A stretch of 37,282 nucleotides of DNA from an uncultured Thermotogae bacterium (GTDB lineage Bacteria > Bipolaricaulota > Bipolaricaulia > UBA7950): NCBI GenBank assembly GCA_964582575.1, contig CAZORT010000001.1, forward strand, positions 1 through 37,282, given 5' to 3'. How positions within the stretch are numbered: position 1 is the stretch's first letter; each line of letters starts with the position of its first letter. Shown one piece after another: positions 17,430 through 25,414 of the stretch. A model generated the notes under the pieces. It saw nothing but the letters and a program-made list of their open reading frames with translations, had not been told where the DNA came from and searched no databases. The position numbers and the translations under genes were made by a program.

Positions 17430-17984
17430 CTATTTGCTACCAGAACCACCCAGTTTACCAGCCTTGGGGAAAATCTCTTCGTTCTTATATCTGATACCTG
17501 TTCCTTTATATGGTTCTGGTTTTCGTAATGCTCGTATTGTTGCCGCAGTCTGTCCTACAAGTTGTTTGTCGATTCCTCTAATAGTAATTTCCTGTGGATT
17601 AGGGACATTAGCTTCAATTCCATCAGCGAGTTTAAATCGAACCGGTGCAGCATAACCAAGCTCCAGTACCAGTAGTTTCTCCTCTTCTAATCGAACTCGA
17701 AATCCTGAACCCTTTATCACAAGTTCTTTTTGCCAGAACGAGGAAACACCTTGAACCATATTAGCAAGCAAACTACGATACAGACCATGTCGTGCTTTAT
17801 ACTCGCGCTCTTCAGCCCGACGTGTTACTACTACTTCACCATCATTCACTGTAATAGTGACCATCTTTGGTTCATACTCTTGTGTCAGTGTTCCATTCTT
17901 TCCTTCCACAATAATACAGCGATCCTTCACTTCCACTTTAACATCTGGAGGGAGCTTTACAGGAATCTTACCTATCTTTGACAT
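17430..17984 (-). CDS. rplF: 50S ribosomal protein L6
   Basis: MSKIGKIPVKLPPDVKVEV...LVIKGSGFRV...PEPYKGTGIRY. Confidence 0.95.
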   Translation of the reverse strand: MSKIGKIPVKLPPDVKVEVKDRCIIVEGKNGTLTQEYEPKMVTITVNDGEVVVTRRAEEREYKARHGLYRSLLANMVQGVSSFWQKELVIKGSGFRVRLEEEKLLVLELGYAAPVRFKLADGIEANVPNPQEITIRGIDKQLVGQTAATIRALRKPEPYKGTGIRYKNEEIFPKAGKLGGSGSK

Positions 17985-17990
17985 TCTTCC

Positions 17991-18401
17991 TCACCATACC
18001 ATGCAGATAACTTCTCCCCCAATGCCACGTGCCCGTGCTTCTTTCTCGGAAAGAACTCCTTGTGATGTAGAGATGATCGTCAGACCCAATCCATCCAAAG
18101 AGCGAGGAATTTCATTCTTGCCAACATAATCTCGTTGACCCAACTTACTTACCAAGCGCAATCCAGTTAACACTTTAATTTGCTTGCCGTTTTTATCCTT
18201 ATATTTGAGCGTCAGTTCAAGGTTGCGTTTCACACCTTCACTTCTCACCTTATAGTCTTGTATATATCCTTCCGTAACAAGTATTTGTGCGATCGCTTCT
18301 TTCATCTTTGAATGCGGCATCATAACACGGGGATGAAACCGTGTGTTAGCATTACGAATCCGCGTCAACATATCTGCTATTGGATCCTCAATCGTCATCA
18401 T
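17991..18401 (-). CDS. rpsH: 30S ribosomal protein S8
   Basis: DPIADMLTRIRNAN... and a C-terminal GGEVICMVW. Two adjacent ATGs (18401 and 18398) are both possible starts. Confidence 0.95.
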   Translation of the reverse strand: MMTIEDPIADMLTRIRNANTRFHPRVMMPHSKMKEAIAQILVTEGYIQDYKVRSEGVKRNLELTLKYKDKNGKQIKVLTGLRLVSKLGQRDYVGKNEIPRSLDGLGLTIISTSQGVLSEKEARARGIGGEVICMVW

Positions 18402-18449
18402 TCTCCTTCCTTAATCTTAACCATAGGGGATTATCCCGTTCAATAATCG

Positions 18450-18635
18450 CTACCAAGAAGCTTTTTTAACGCCGGGAATTTCGCCTAAATGAGCCAACTT
18501 TCGGAAACATAGCCGGCAGAGGCCGAAGTCCCGAATATATCCCCGTGGCCGACCGCATATATTACACCGATTAGCTCTGCGCGTTGAAAATTTCGGCTCG
18601 CGTTTATTTTTCACTATTAACGATCTCTTTGCCAT
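18450..18635 (-). CDS. rpsN: 30S ribosomal protein S14, short zinc-binding (type Z) form
   Basis: 61 aa, with [22 protein letters not shown] (Cys4) and a terminal W. Confidence 0.94.
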   Translation of the reverse strand: MAKRSLIVKNKREPKFSTRRANRCNICGRPRGYIRDFGLCRLCFRKLAHLGEIPGVKKASW

Positions 18636-18647
18636 TCATCCCCCCTT

Positions 18648-19178
18648 TCAATCGGTAAACGGAATTCCAAAACTCTTTAGAAGTGCATATCCTTCTCGAT
18701 CCGTCTGCGCAGTCGTGACAATTGTAACATCCATACCTTGGATCGCTGTTATTTCATCATAGGAAATTTCCGGAAAGATCAGTTGTTCCCGGAGTCCAAT
18801 TGTATAATTACCATGCCCGTCAAACGAAGCAGCCGAGAGCCCTCGAAAATCACGTATTCCAGGAAAAACTGCATTGATTAACTTCTCTAAAAACGCATAC
18901 GCGCGGCGATGACGTAAAGTAACTTTACACCCAATCGGATCTCCTTTTATAATCTTAAAATCTGATATCGATTTTCGCGCTCGAGTAATGAGCGGTCTTT
19001 GACCAGCTATTTTAGCAAGATTTGCCACCGCTCCTTCAAGTATTTTAGGATTATCTTTTGCTGAGACTCCCATATTAATCGTGATCTTCTCAATCCGCGG
19101 TACCTGCATTATATTAGTATATGCCAAATCTTTCATCAACTGCGGGACAATCTCTCTTTTAAATTTTTCTTGTAACAT
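18648..19178 (-). CDS. rplE: 50S ribosomal protein L5
   Basis: [18 protein letters not shown]...[17 protein letters not shown]...[20 protein letters not shown]. The ATG at 19178 follows AAGAGG, and the track ORF start at 19196 is a TTG with no SD. Confidence 0.95.
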   Translation of the reverse strand: MLQEKFKREIVPQLMKDLAYTNIMQVPRIEKITINMGVSAKDNPKILEGAVANLAKIAGQRPLITRARKSISDFKIIKGDPIGCKVTLRHRRAYAFLEKLINAVFPGIRDFRGLSAASFDGHGNYTIGLREQLIFPEISYDEITAIQGMDVTIVTTAQTDREGYALLKSFGIPFTD

Positions 19179-19292
19179 TCTACCTCTTTGCAGCAAGGAA
19201 AATCACTGACTCTGACTTCTGACAAACGGTCAGCAGTTGATGCTTAAGAAAAAGTTCTTCGCTTGAGTTCATAGTTGTTTTCCTCTCTTCTT

Positions 19293-19604
19293 TTACTTGA
19301 AACTTTCTCCGCATTGTTTGCACTGACGTATCTTTTCGCCTTCCTTATCAATAAAACCAACTCGTACCGGTACGTTACATTCCGGACAGATTACCATAAC
19401 ATTCGAAATGTGAATCTTGCCCGGTCGGGTGATAATCCCAGGCTCACGCATCGTCTGCGTTGCTCGTTGATGCTTGGTGATTATATTGACATTATCAACA
19501 ATAATTCTATCTTCTCCAGAGTATATCGTTAAAACCTTACCTTCCTTGCCCTGGTCATTTCCCGCAATAACCCGTACTCTGTCGCCTTTTCTTACCTTAC
19601 GCAT
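19293..19604 (-). CDS. rplX: 50S ribosomal protein L24 (Cys4 variant)
   Basis: KOW motif VRKGDRVRVIAGNDQGKEGKV. The C-terminal half carries CPEC...CKQC, a Cys4 arrangement I recall from Thermus-type L24. Confidence 0.94.
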   Translation of the reverse strand: MRKVRKGDRVRVIAGNDQGKEGKVLTIYSGEDRIIVDNVNIITKHQRATQTMREPGIITRPGKIHISNVMVICPECNVPVRVGFIDKEGEKIRQCKQCGESFK

Positions 19605-19615
19605 TATGTTTTCTC

Positions 19616-19984
19616 CTATAATACTTCCGGAGCAAGGGAGAGGATGCGCATCATCTTCTTTTCGCGTAATTCCCGCGGCACCGGTCCGAAAATCCGTGTT
19701 CCCACCGGTTCCATTTGAGGATTTACCAGTACGATAGCATTATCATCAAAGCGGATATAACTACCGTCTTTGCGGCGATATGGACTGCGTGTACGCACAA
19801 TAACTCCACGAACTATATCTCCTTTCCCAATATCGCTTGTCGGCAACCACTTGCGCACAGAACCGACGATAATATCTCCGATCTCACCACGCTGCGATTT
19901 TGCGCCTCCCAACACAGTGATACATTTGACAAGTTTAGCCCCTGAATTATCCGAAACTTTTACTTTTGTCTCTGGTCGAATCAA
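19616..19984 (-). CDS. rplN: 50S ribosomal protein L14
   Basis: [18 protein letters not shown]...RFDDNAIVL...[16 protein letters not shown] start 6 nt after GGTGGAGG. Confidence 0.96.
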   Translation of the reverse strand: MIRPETKVKVSDNSGAKLVKCITVLGGAKSQRGEIGDIIVGSVRKWLPTSDIGKGDIVRGVIVRTRSPYRRKDGSYIRFDDNAIVLVNPQMEPVGTRIFGPVPRELREKKMMRILSLAPEVL

Positions 19985-19985
19985 C

Positions 19986-20231
19986 TTAGGCCTCCACCCG
20001 TTTAAGAATTTTCACCAAATTCCAATGCTTCTTACGGCTAAGTGGTCGCGTCTCTTCGATCTTTACCAAATCGCCGACTGCTGCGCTATTTGTTTCATCA
20101 TGAGCATGTAATTTCGATCGCTTATTGACAAATTTACGATACAACGGATGTCGTTCTCTCCTCTTCACTTCCACAACGATCGTCTTTTCCATGCGGTCGC
20201 TTACTACACGCCCAACTTTTTCTTTCTTCAT
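19986..20231 (-). CDS. rpsQ: 30S ribosomal protein S17
   Basis: [16 protein letters not shown]...HPLYRKF...KLHAHDE...[17 protein letters not shown]. The ATG at 20231 (GGAGG 7 nt upstream) is preferred over TTG 20237. Confidence 0.94.
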   Translation of the reverse strand: MKKEKVGRVVSDRMEKTIVVEVKRRERHPLYRKFVNKRSKLHAHDETNSAAVGDLVKIEETRPLSRKKHWNLVKILKRVEA

Positions 20232-20257
20232 CCTCAAGCCTCCACTACTCTGGTCTA

Positions 20258-20449
20258 TCAGGTAAGAGATCGTTCACGAATAATCGTCATAACACGCGCA
20301 ATATCACGTTTTGTTTTCATGATTTCCGTCGTGTTATCAAGTGCACCGGTCACTTTTTGAAACCGTAGATTGAACTCTTTCCGTTTCAGTTCCCCTTCTT
20401 TGCGTATGAGTTCTTCCGTCGTCATATCGCGTAATTCACTTGCCTTCAT
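20258..20449 (-). CDS. rpmC: 50S ribosomal protein L29
   Basis: [35 protein letters not shown]...KRDIARVMT. The start overlaps the rplP stop. Confidence 0.94.
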   Translation of the reverse strand: MKASELRDMTTEELIRKEGELKRKEFNLRFQKVTGALDNTTEIMKTKRDIARVMTIIRERSLT

Positions 20450-20877
20450 AGTTCTCCCCCCAACTTCACTTTCCGTTTCAATCGCGTTGGGATGGGTAGT
20501 TTATGGGAAACAAGCTCGTGAATTCTTCTCGCTTTCTCGTCAGTTATGCCGGAGATTTCAAATAAGATCCTCCCTGTTTTCACTACAGCGACCCAATGAT
20601 CAACTGCGCCTTTACCTTTCCCCATTCGCGTTTCCGCTGGTTTCTTAGTTACCCCTTTATCAGGAAAGATTCTGATCCAAATCTTTGAATCTCTCTGAGT
20701 TTGCCGAGTGATCGTCGTACGTGCTGATTCAATCTGCTGCTGGGTAATCCATGCTGGAGCCAGCGCCTGAATTGCATAGTCTCCGAAAGCGATTTCACAT
20801 CCTTGTGTCGCCTTCCCCGTCATCCGTCCACGATGGAATTTTCGATGTTTAGTCCGTTTAGGAAATAATAATGGCAT
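20446..20877 (-). CDS. rplP: 50S ribosomal protein L16
   Basis: [18 protein letters not shown]...[41 protein letters not shown]. Confidence 0.96.
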   Translation of the reverse strand: MPLLFPKRTKHRKFHRGRMTGKATQGCEIAFGDYAIQALAPAWITQQQIESARTTITRQTQRDSKIWIRIFPDKGVTKKPAETRMGKGKGAVDHWVAVVKTGRILFEISGITDEKARRIHELVSHKLPIPTRLKRKVKLGGEL

Positions 20878-20925
20878 TGTTCAACCTTTAATTTTTGTTC
20901 TGCAGCACCTCGCTGGGAACTGCGT

Positions 20926-21615
20926 TTAAGCTCTCTTATCTCTGCTGGTTTTTGATCTTTCGGAATCGTGTGTCGTAGTCCCTTTCCAACTACGACTCTC
21001 TCCGCGGAAAACCCATGCTTTCACTCCGATAGAGCCAAATTTTGTTCTTGCTTCGCATGCACCATAATCAATATCAGCACGAATTGTCTGCAAGGGCACG
21101 CTTCCATCCATCATTGTCATCGAACGCGCAATCTCTGCTCCACCTAACCGGCCACTACATTTAATTTTAACTCCCAATGCGCCGGCAGCACGAACGCGAC
21201 GTATGACATCTTTCATCACACGGTTCGGGGCAGTTCGTCCTTCTATTTGCATTGCAACGTCTTGCGCAACAAGAACCGCTTCTAAATCAGGTCGTTCGAC
21301 TTCTATAATAGAAATTTTAACCTCACGGCCAGTCAGTTTTTCCAGAACCTCCTGTAATTGAGTTATCTCCTTGCCCCCTTTGCCAATAATAATCCCTGGT
21401 CGCGCTGAACGAATGACAATTGAAACTCTATCTTCTTTCGGCCGTTCAATATTGGTCTCAGATACATACGCCCCCCAGTATCTTTTTTTGATTAACTCAC
21501 GGATATTCCTATCCTCCAAAACATATACAGGGGTCTTCTTACGGCTAAACCAATTAGATGACCAACCCCGGGTAATCCCTACCCTAAACCCTACTGGATG
21601 CGTCTTTTGCCCCAT
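20926..21615 (-). CDS. rpsC: 30S ribosomal protein S3
   Basis: MGQKTHPVGFRVGITRGWSSNWF, a KH domain (GIIIGKGGKEI) and LGGAEIAR. The ATG at 21615 overlaps the rplV TGA (TGATG), with AGGAGA upstream. Confidence 0.95.
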   Translation of the reverse strand: MGQKTHPVGFRVGITRGWSSNWFSRKKTPVYVLEDRNIRELIKKRYWGAYVSETNIERPKEDRVSIVIRSARPGIIIGKGGKEITQLQEVLEKLTGREVKISIIEVERPDLEAVLVAQDVAMQIEGRTAPNRVMKDVIRRVRAAGALGVKIKCSGRLGGAEIARSMTMMDGSVPLQTIRADIDYGACEARTKFGSIGVKAWVFRGESRSWKGTTTHDSERSKTSRDKRA

Positions 21616-21953
21616 CAATCTCTCCTTTCTGCCAGGACTATCGTGATCTTGCTCGTCCGTCGACGCATAAGATCAGCTCGCCCCATTGCCCGCATCTTCA
21701 TCCGCTTTAATGTCCGTCCGTCATCAACATAAGCTTCAGAGACCCAAAGCCGATCTACGTCAAAATTGTAATTGTTCTCGGCATTTGCCAATGCTGATTC
21801 CAGCACTTTCTTTACTGTGCCCGCTGCTTTCTTAGATGATAATGTAACAATATTGAGCGCGTCACTCAACTCTTTTCCACGGATCGCGTCAACGACCAAC
21901 CGAACTTTATACGGTGATATCCTGATGAATTTTACTGCTGCTCGTGCTTCCAT
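21615..21953 (-). CDS. rplV: 50S ribosomal protein L22
   Basis: A.VKFIRISPYKVRLVVDAIRGK...VDDGRTLKRMKMRAMGRADLMRRRTSKITIVL. Confidence 0.95.
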   Translation of the reverse strand: MEARAAVKFIRISPYKVRLVVDAIRGKELSDALNIVTLSSKKAAGTVKKVLESALANAENNYNFDVDRLWVSEAYVDDGRTLKRMKMRAMGRADLMRRRTSKITIVLAERRD

Positions 21954-21978
21954 CTTTCCCTCTAATAAACGCTACAGA

Positions 21979-22263
21979 TTATGTTAACGCTGCGGCTTTC
22001 TTCTTTTTTACCCCGCCATGCTGGCGAAATGTACGTGTAAGAGCAAACTCTCCCAGTTTATGGCCTACCATATTCTCCACGATATTGACCGGCATATGAC
22101 TCTTGCCGTTATGGACTTTAATCGTCAACCCAACCATCTCTGGTGTAATCATTGATGCCCGTGACCAAGTTATTATCTCTTTTATCTCTCCTCGTTTTGC
22201 TTTACGAACCTTCTTTAGTAACTTGACATCAACATATGGCCCTTTCTTAATCGACCTTGGCAT
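21979..22263 (-). CDS. rpsS: 30S ribosomal protein S19
   Basis: [17 protein letters not shown]...[28 protein letters not shown]...[15 protein letters not shown]. Confidence 0.96.
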   Translation of the reverse strand: MPRSIKKGPYVDVKLLKKVRKAKRGEIKEIITWSRASMITPEMVGLTIKVHNGKSHMPVNIVENMVGHKLGEFALTRTFRQHGGVKKKKAAALT

Positions 22264-22298
22264 CTTTAATCCTCCCCTATCCTTCGGTTAATCACTGT

Positions 22299-23135
22299 TT
22301 ATCTTCTCCCCTTACCAGCCCGACGGACGATCATACTGCTGTTCTTCTTCTTGCTGCGTGTCCGCCCTCCTTTAGCTAATTTACCTGTTGGCGAGACTTC
22401 CGGTCGCCCTACGCGGGCACGTCCTTCTCCTCCTCCATGCGGATGATCAACGGGATTCATCGCAACACCTCTCACATGTGGTTTACGCCCAAGGTGGCGA
22501 ACTCGTCCCGCTTTGCCATGTTTAATGCTCTTATGGTCGGGATTGCTTACTTCACCGATCGTTGCCCGACAACGATCAGTAAATATTCTTACTTCTCCAG
22601 ACGGCAGACGGATATGTGCTCGCCCATCCTCTTTGGCAAGAAGCTTTGCTCCTGTGCCGGCGGAACGAACCAACTTCGCCCCTTTCCCAGGCTGAAGTTC
22701 GATGTTATGTATTGTCAACCCAAGAGGAATCCGATGTATAGGTAACGCATTACCCGGTAGTATCTCAGCTTCTTCTCCTGCCTCGACGGTCCGCCCAATT
22801 GGCAGTGCTATTGGACTTATTATATACCGCTTCTCTCCATCAACGTAATGGAGAAGTGATATCCAGGCTGATCGATTGGGGTCATATTCAGTCGTCGCCA
22901 CCTTAGCTGGGATTCCATCTTTCGCGCGAACAAAATCAATGATCCGATAATGCTGTTTATGTCCTCCGCCTCGCCAACGAACAGTTGTTTTCCCATCGTT
23001 GTTCCTTCCACCTTTTTTACGAATTGGAACCAGCAAACTTTTCTCCGGCTTCACTTTTGATAATTGGCTATAATCAGGCAACTCTGCATGGCGTACTCCA
23101 GGCGAAGTAGGCCTAAATTTTTTTGTTGGCGACAT
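22299..23135 (-). CDS. rplB: 50S ribosomal protein L2
   Basis: KFRPTSPGVRH, GRNNDGKTTVRWRGGGHKQHYRIIDF, IHNIELQPGKGAKLVRSAG and NPVDHPHGGGEGR. Confidence 0.97.
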   Translation of the reverse strand: MSPTKKFRPTSPGVRHAELPDYSQLSKVKPEKSLLVPIRKKGGRNNDGKTTVRWRGGGHKQHYRIIDFVRAKDGIPAKVATTEYDPNRSAWISLLHYVDGEKRYIISPIALPIGRTVEAGEEAEILPGNALPIHRIPLGLTIHNIELQPGKGAKLVRSAGTGAKLLAKEDGRAHIRLPSGEVRIFTDRCRATIGEVSNPDHKSIKHGKAGRVRHLGRKPHVRGVAMNPVDHPHGGGEGRARVGRPEVSPTGKLAKGGRTRSKKKNSSMIVRRAGKGRR

Positions 23136-23215
23136 CTTTACCTCTTCATATCCTTTATATAATTTTTCAAGCTATTTTTAGTCAGCATTGTTCGGTTAAA
23201 TCTTTATCTAACTTA

Positions 23216-23515
23216 TCAGCTGCTGACCAATTCTATTTTGCTTCCAGGAGCAAGTTTGACGATTGCTTTTCGCCGCCGGTTCGTTCTTCCGTATAATTGC
23301 GTAAGTCTTTCACGCCGCGGTTTACCCTTTATATTGGCTGTCCAAACCTTCTCTACCTTTACTTTAAACAGGTCTTCCACTGCGCGCTTGATCTGAATCT
23401 TATTGGCCGCCAAAGCAACTATAAAAGCATATTTATTATCTTCCATCAATTTCCATGTTGCTTCAGTCAGTACTGGTGCAAGTATGATATCTTCAGAGTA
23501 CGACAATTTAGCCAT
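23216..23515 (-). CDS. rplW: 50S ribosomal protein L23
   Basis: DIILAPVLTEAT....NKYAFIVALAANKIQIKRAVEDLFKVKVEKV. The ATG at 23515 follows GGAGAGG and overlaps the end of rplD. Confidence 0.93.
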   Translation of the reverse strand: MAKLSYSEDIILAPVLTEATWKLMEDNKYAFIVALAANKIQIKRAVEDLFKVKVEKVWTANIKGKPRRERLTQLYGRTNRRRKAIVKLAPGSKIELVSS

Positions 23516-24146
23516 TTTCCAACCTCTCCTCAATCTCCTCAAGCGCTGATAATGTTAGCAATAAAGCCTGATACCGTAAAATATCATATACATTAAGACC
23601 TTGACTTGGCAAACATTTAACACTGGGAATGTTAGCGAACGATTTTTTCGTTATCTTATTATACTCGTCTGTTCCCACAACAACAAGAGTTGAAGTATGA
23701 TTACCTACCCTCGCCAGCAAAGAAAGCGCCGCCTTTGTCTTTGGAAGATCAAATTCAATTTTATCGATCAAGGTTAGTTTCTCTTCTGCAATGCGTACGC
23801 TCAATGCAGCGGTCAACGCACCGCGTCGCATTTTCTTATTGAGATTGATCGTATAATCTCGAGGTTTTGGCCCAAACGTTACTCCGCCTCCGACCCACAA
23901 CGGCGATCGACGCGACCCATGCCTTGCACGACCGGTCCCCTTCTGCCGCCATGGTTTACGTCCTCCTCCAGAGACCTCTCCCCGCCGTTTTGTCGATGCA
24001 GTCCCTTGCCGTCGTCCTGCTAATTGCGCTTGCACAACACGATGAAGGAGATCCTTGTTAACTGGAGCAGCAAATATTCGCTCATTTAGAGCAAATGGAG
24101 TCGTTCCCTCTTCTCCTGCAAAAGTATGTAAAGTTACTTCAACCAT
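23508..24146 (-). CDS. rplD: 50S ribosomal protein L4
   Basis: RRQGTASTKRRGEVSGGGRKPWRQKGTGRARHGSRRSPLWVGGGVTFGPKPRDY. 8-nt overlap with rplC. Confidence 0.96.
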   Translation of the reverse strand: MVEVTLHTFAGEEGTTPFALNERIFAAPVNKDLLHRVVQAQLAGRRQGTASTKRRGEVSGGGRKPWRQKGTGRARHGSRRSPLWVGGGVTFGPKPRDYTINLNKKMRRGALTAALSVRIAEEKLTLIDKIEFDLPKTKAALSLLARVGNHTSTLVVVGTDEYNKITKKSFANIPSVKCLPSQGLNVYDILRYQALLLTLSALEEIEERLENG

Positions 24147-24762
24147 GACTCTTCCTTAATTGCAACAGCGAATTCTGTGTGCCAGGAGTAGATCCCTTTA
24201 CAACGATCAAATTTTTCTCCTTATCAACTCTTAGCACTTGCAAACTTCTCATTGTTACACGTCTGTTTCCAGTTTGACCAGGCATCTTTTTCCCTTTAAG
24301 GACTCGGCCCGGTGTGCTGCACATTCCTGTTGATCCGGGTTTGCGATGGAAGTGTGAACCATGCGATGCCGGACCACCGGCAAAATTCCACCGCTTCATT
24401 ACTCCTTGAAATCCTAATCCACGCGTAAGCCCACTAATATCTATCTTCTCTTTTTCCCGGAATATTCCAACGGCGATCTCATCCCCTACTTTGTACTTAT
24501 CAACCTCGTCAATCCGGGCTTCAAATAGATGACGCCGTGGATCGACTCCTTCTTTATCAAAATGCCCCTGCAAAGGACGGGAGAGTCTTTGTTTATCTAT
24601 CTTGCGGTATCCAAGCTGAAGAGCATTATATCCATCTTTTGCTTCTGTTTTAATTTGGACAACTACTGATGGCTCCACCTCAACAACCGTTGCCGCAACA
24701 GCACTATTACCTTCGAAGAGCTGTGTCATCCCTATTTTTCTTCCTAATATCGCTAATGTCAT
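24139..24762 (-). CDS. rplC: 50S ribosomal protein L3
   Basis: ILGRKIGMTQLF...FQGVMKRWNFAGGPASHGSHFHRKPGSTG...PGRVLKGKKMPGQTG. The ATG at 24762 follows GGAAGGTGG, and the GTG at 24774 in the track is inside the SD. Confidence 0.95.
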   Translation of the reverse strand: MTLAILGRKIGMTQLFEGNSAVAATVVEVEPSVVVQIKTEAKDGYNALQLGYRKIDKQRLSRPLQGHFDKEGVDPRRHLFEARIDEVDKYKVGDEIAVGIFREKEKIDISGLTRGLGFQGVMKRWNFAGGPASHGSHFHRKPGSTGMCSTPGRVLKGKKMPGQTGNRRVTMRSLQVLRVDKEKNLIVVKGSTPGTQNSLLQLRKSHG

Positions 24763-25088
24763 GTTGAACCCCACCTTCCAAAATTACCAGCAGACGAACT
24801 GTTCAGTCTTATTCCTATTCACTAACAGTAACGCCGTATTCCATTTTATAACAATCAGTGCATTAATTGTTACACAACTACTGATGGCTCCACCTCAACA
24901 ACCGTTGCCGCAACAGCACTATTACCTTCGAAGAGCTGTGTCATCCCTATTTTTCTTCCTAATATCGCTAATGTCATGTTGAACCCCACCTTCCAAAATT
25001 ACCAGCAGACGAACTGTTCAGTCTTATTCCTATTCACTAACAGTAACGCCGTATTCCCTTTTATATCAACGTGCACTCTCTGTTCATA
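24659..25088. repeat. Tandem duplication with a 215-bp period covering the rpsJ-rplC spacer, the SD and the first 34 codons of rplC
   Basis: 24659-24842 and 24874-25057 are identical at all 184 positions by direct comparison. The flanking 31 nt (24843-24873 versus 25058-25088) are only loosely similar. Confidence 0.9.
24870..24977 (-). pseudogene. rplC' fragment: duplicated 5' end of rplC forming a 35-codon ORF with its own SD
   Basis: GGAAGGTGG-N8-ATG, then MTLAILGRKIGMTQLFEGNSAVAATVVEVEPSVVV and TAA. The first 34 codons are identical to the true rplC start. Confidence 0.75.
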
Positions 25089-25104
25089 CCGTATCAGAGT
25101 AGAC

Positions 25105-25413
25105 TTAAACTTTAATCTCGATGTCAATGCCAGTCGGAAGGTCAATATCCATCAGTGCATTGATCGTCTCAGAAGTCGGCTCTTTGATATCGATCAGACG
25201 GGTATGAATCCGTCGCTCAAAGTGCTCCATCGATCTCTTATCAATATGAGGAGATCGCAGTACCGTATATATACGTTTTGTCGTTGGCAATGGAATTGGT
25301 CCTACTATCTGTGCTCTTGTTTCGCTTGTCGCAGTCACTACTTTCCGAATCGCACTGTCAACGAGATTGTGGTCGTACCCCCGCACTTTAATCCTTATTC
25401 TTTTTCTTGCCAT
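25105..25413 (-). CDS. rpsJ: 30S ribosomal protein S10
   Basis: RIRIKVRGYDHNLVDSAIRKVV......GPIPLPTTKRIYTVLRSPHIDKRSMEHFERRIHTRLIDI. Confidence 0.97.
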   Translation of the reverse strand: MARKRIRIKVRGYDHNLVDSAIRKVVTATSETRAQIVGPIPLPTTKRIYTVLRSPHIDKRSMEHFERRIHTRLIDIKEPTSETINALMDIDLPTGIDIEIKV

Positions 25414-25414
25414 T

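Noticed and set aside
19293-19400. Cys4 (CPEC…CKQC) motif in L24 as a possibly novel zinc-binding ribosomal protein.
   Set aside because: As far as I recall, Thermus-type L24 carries the same CxxC…CxxC arrangement, so this is a known variant rather than a novelty.
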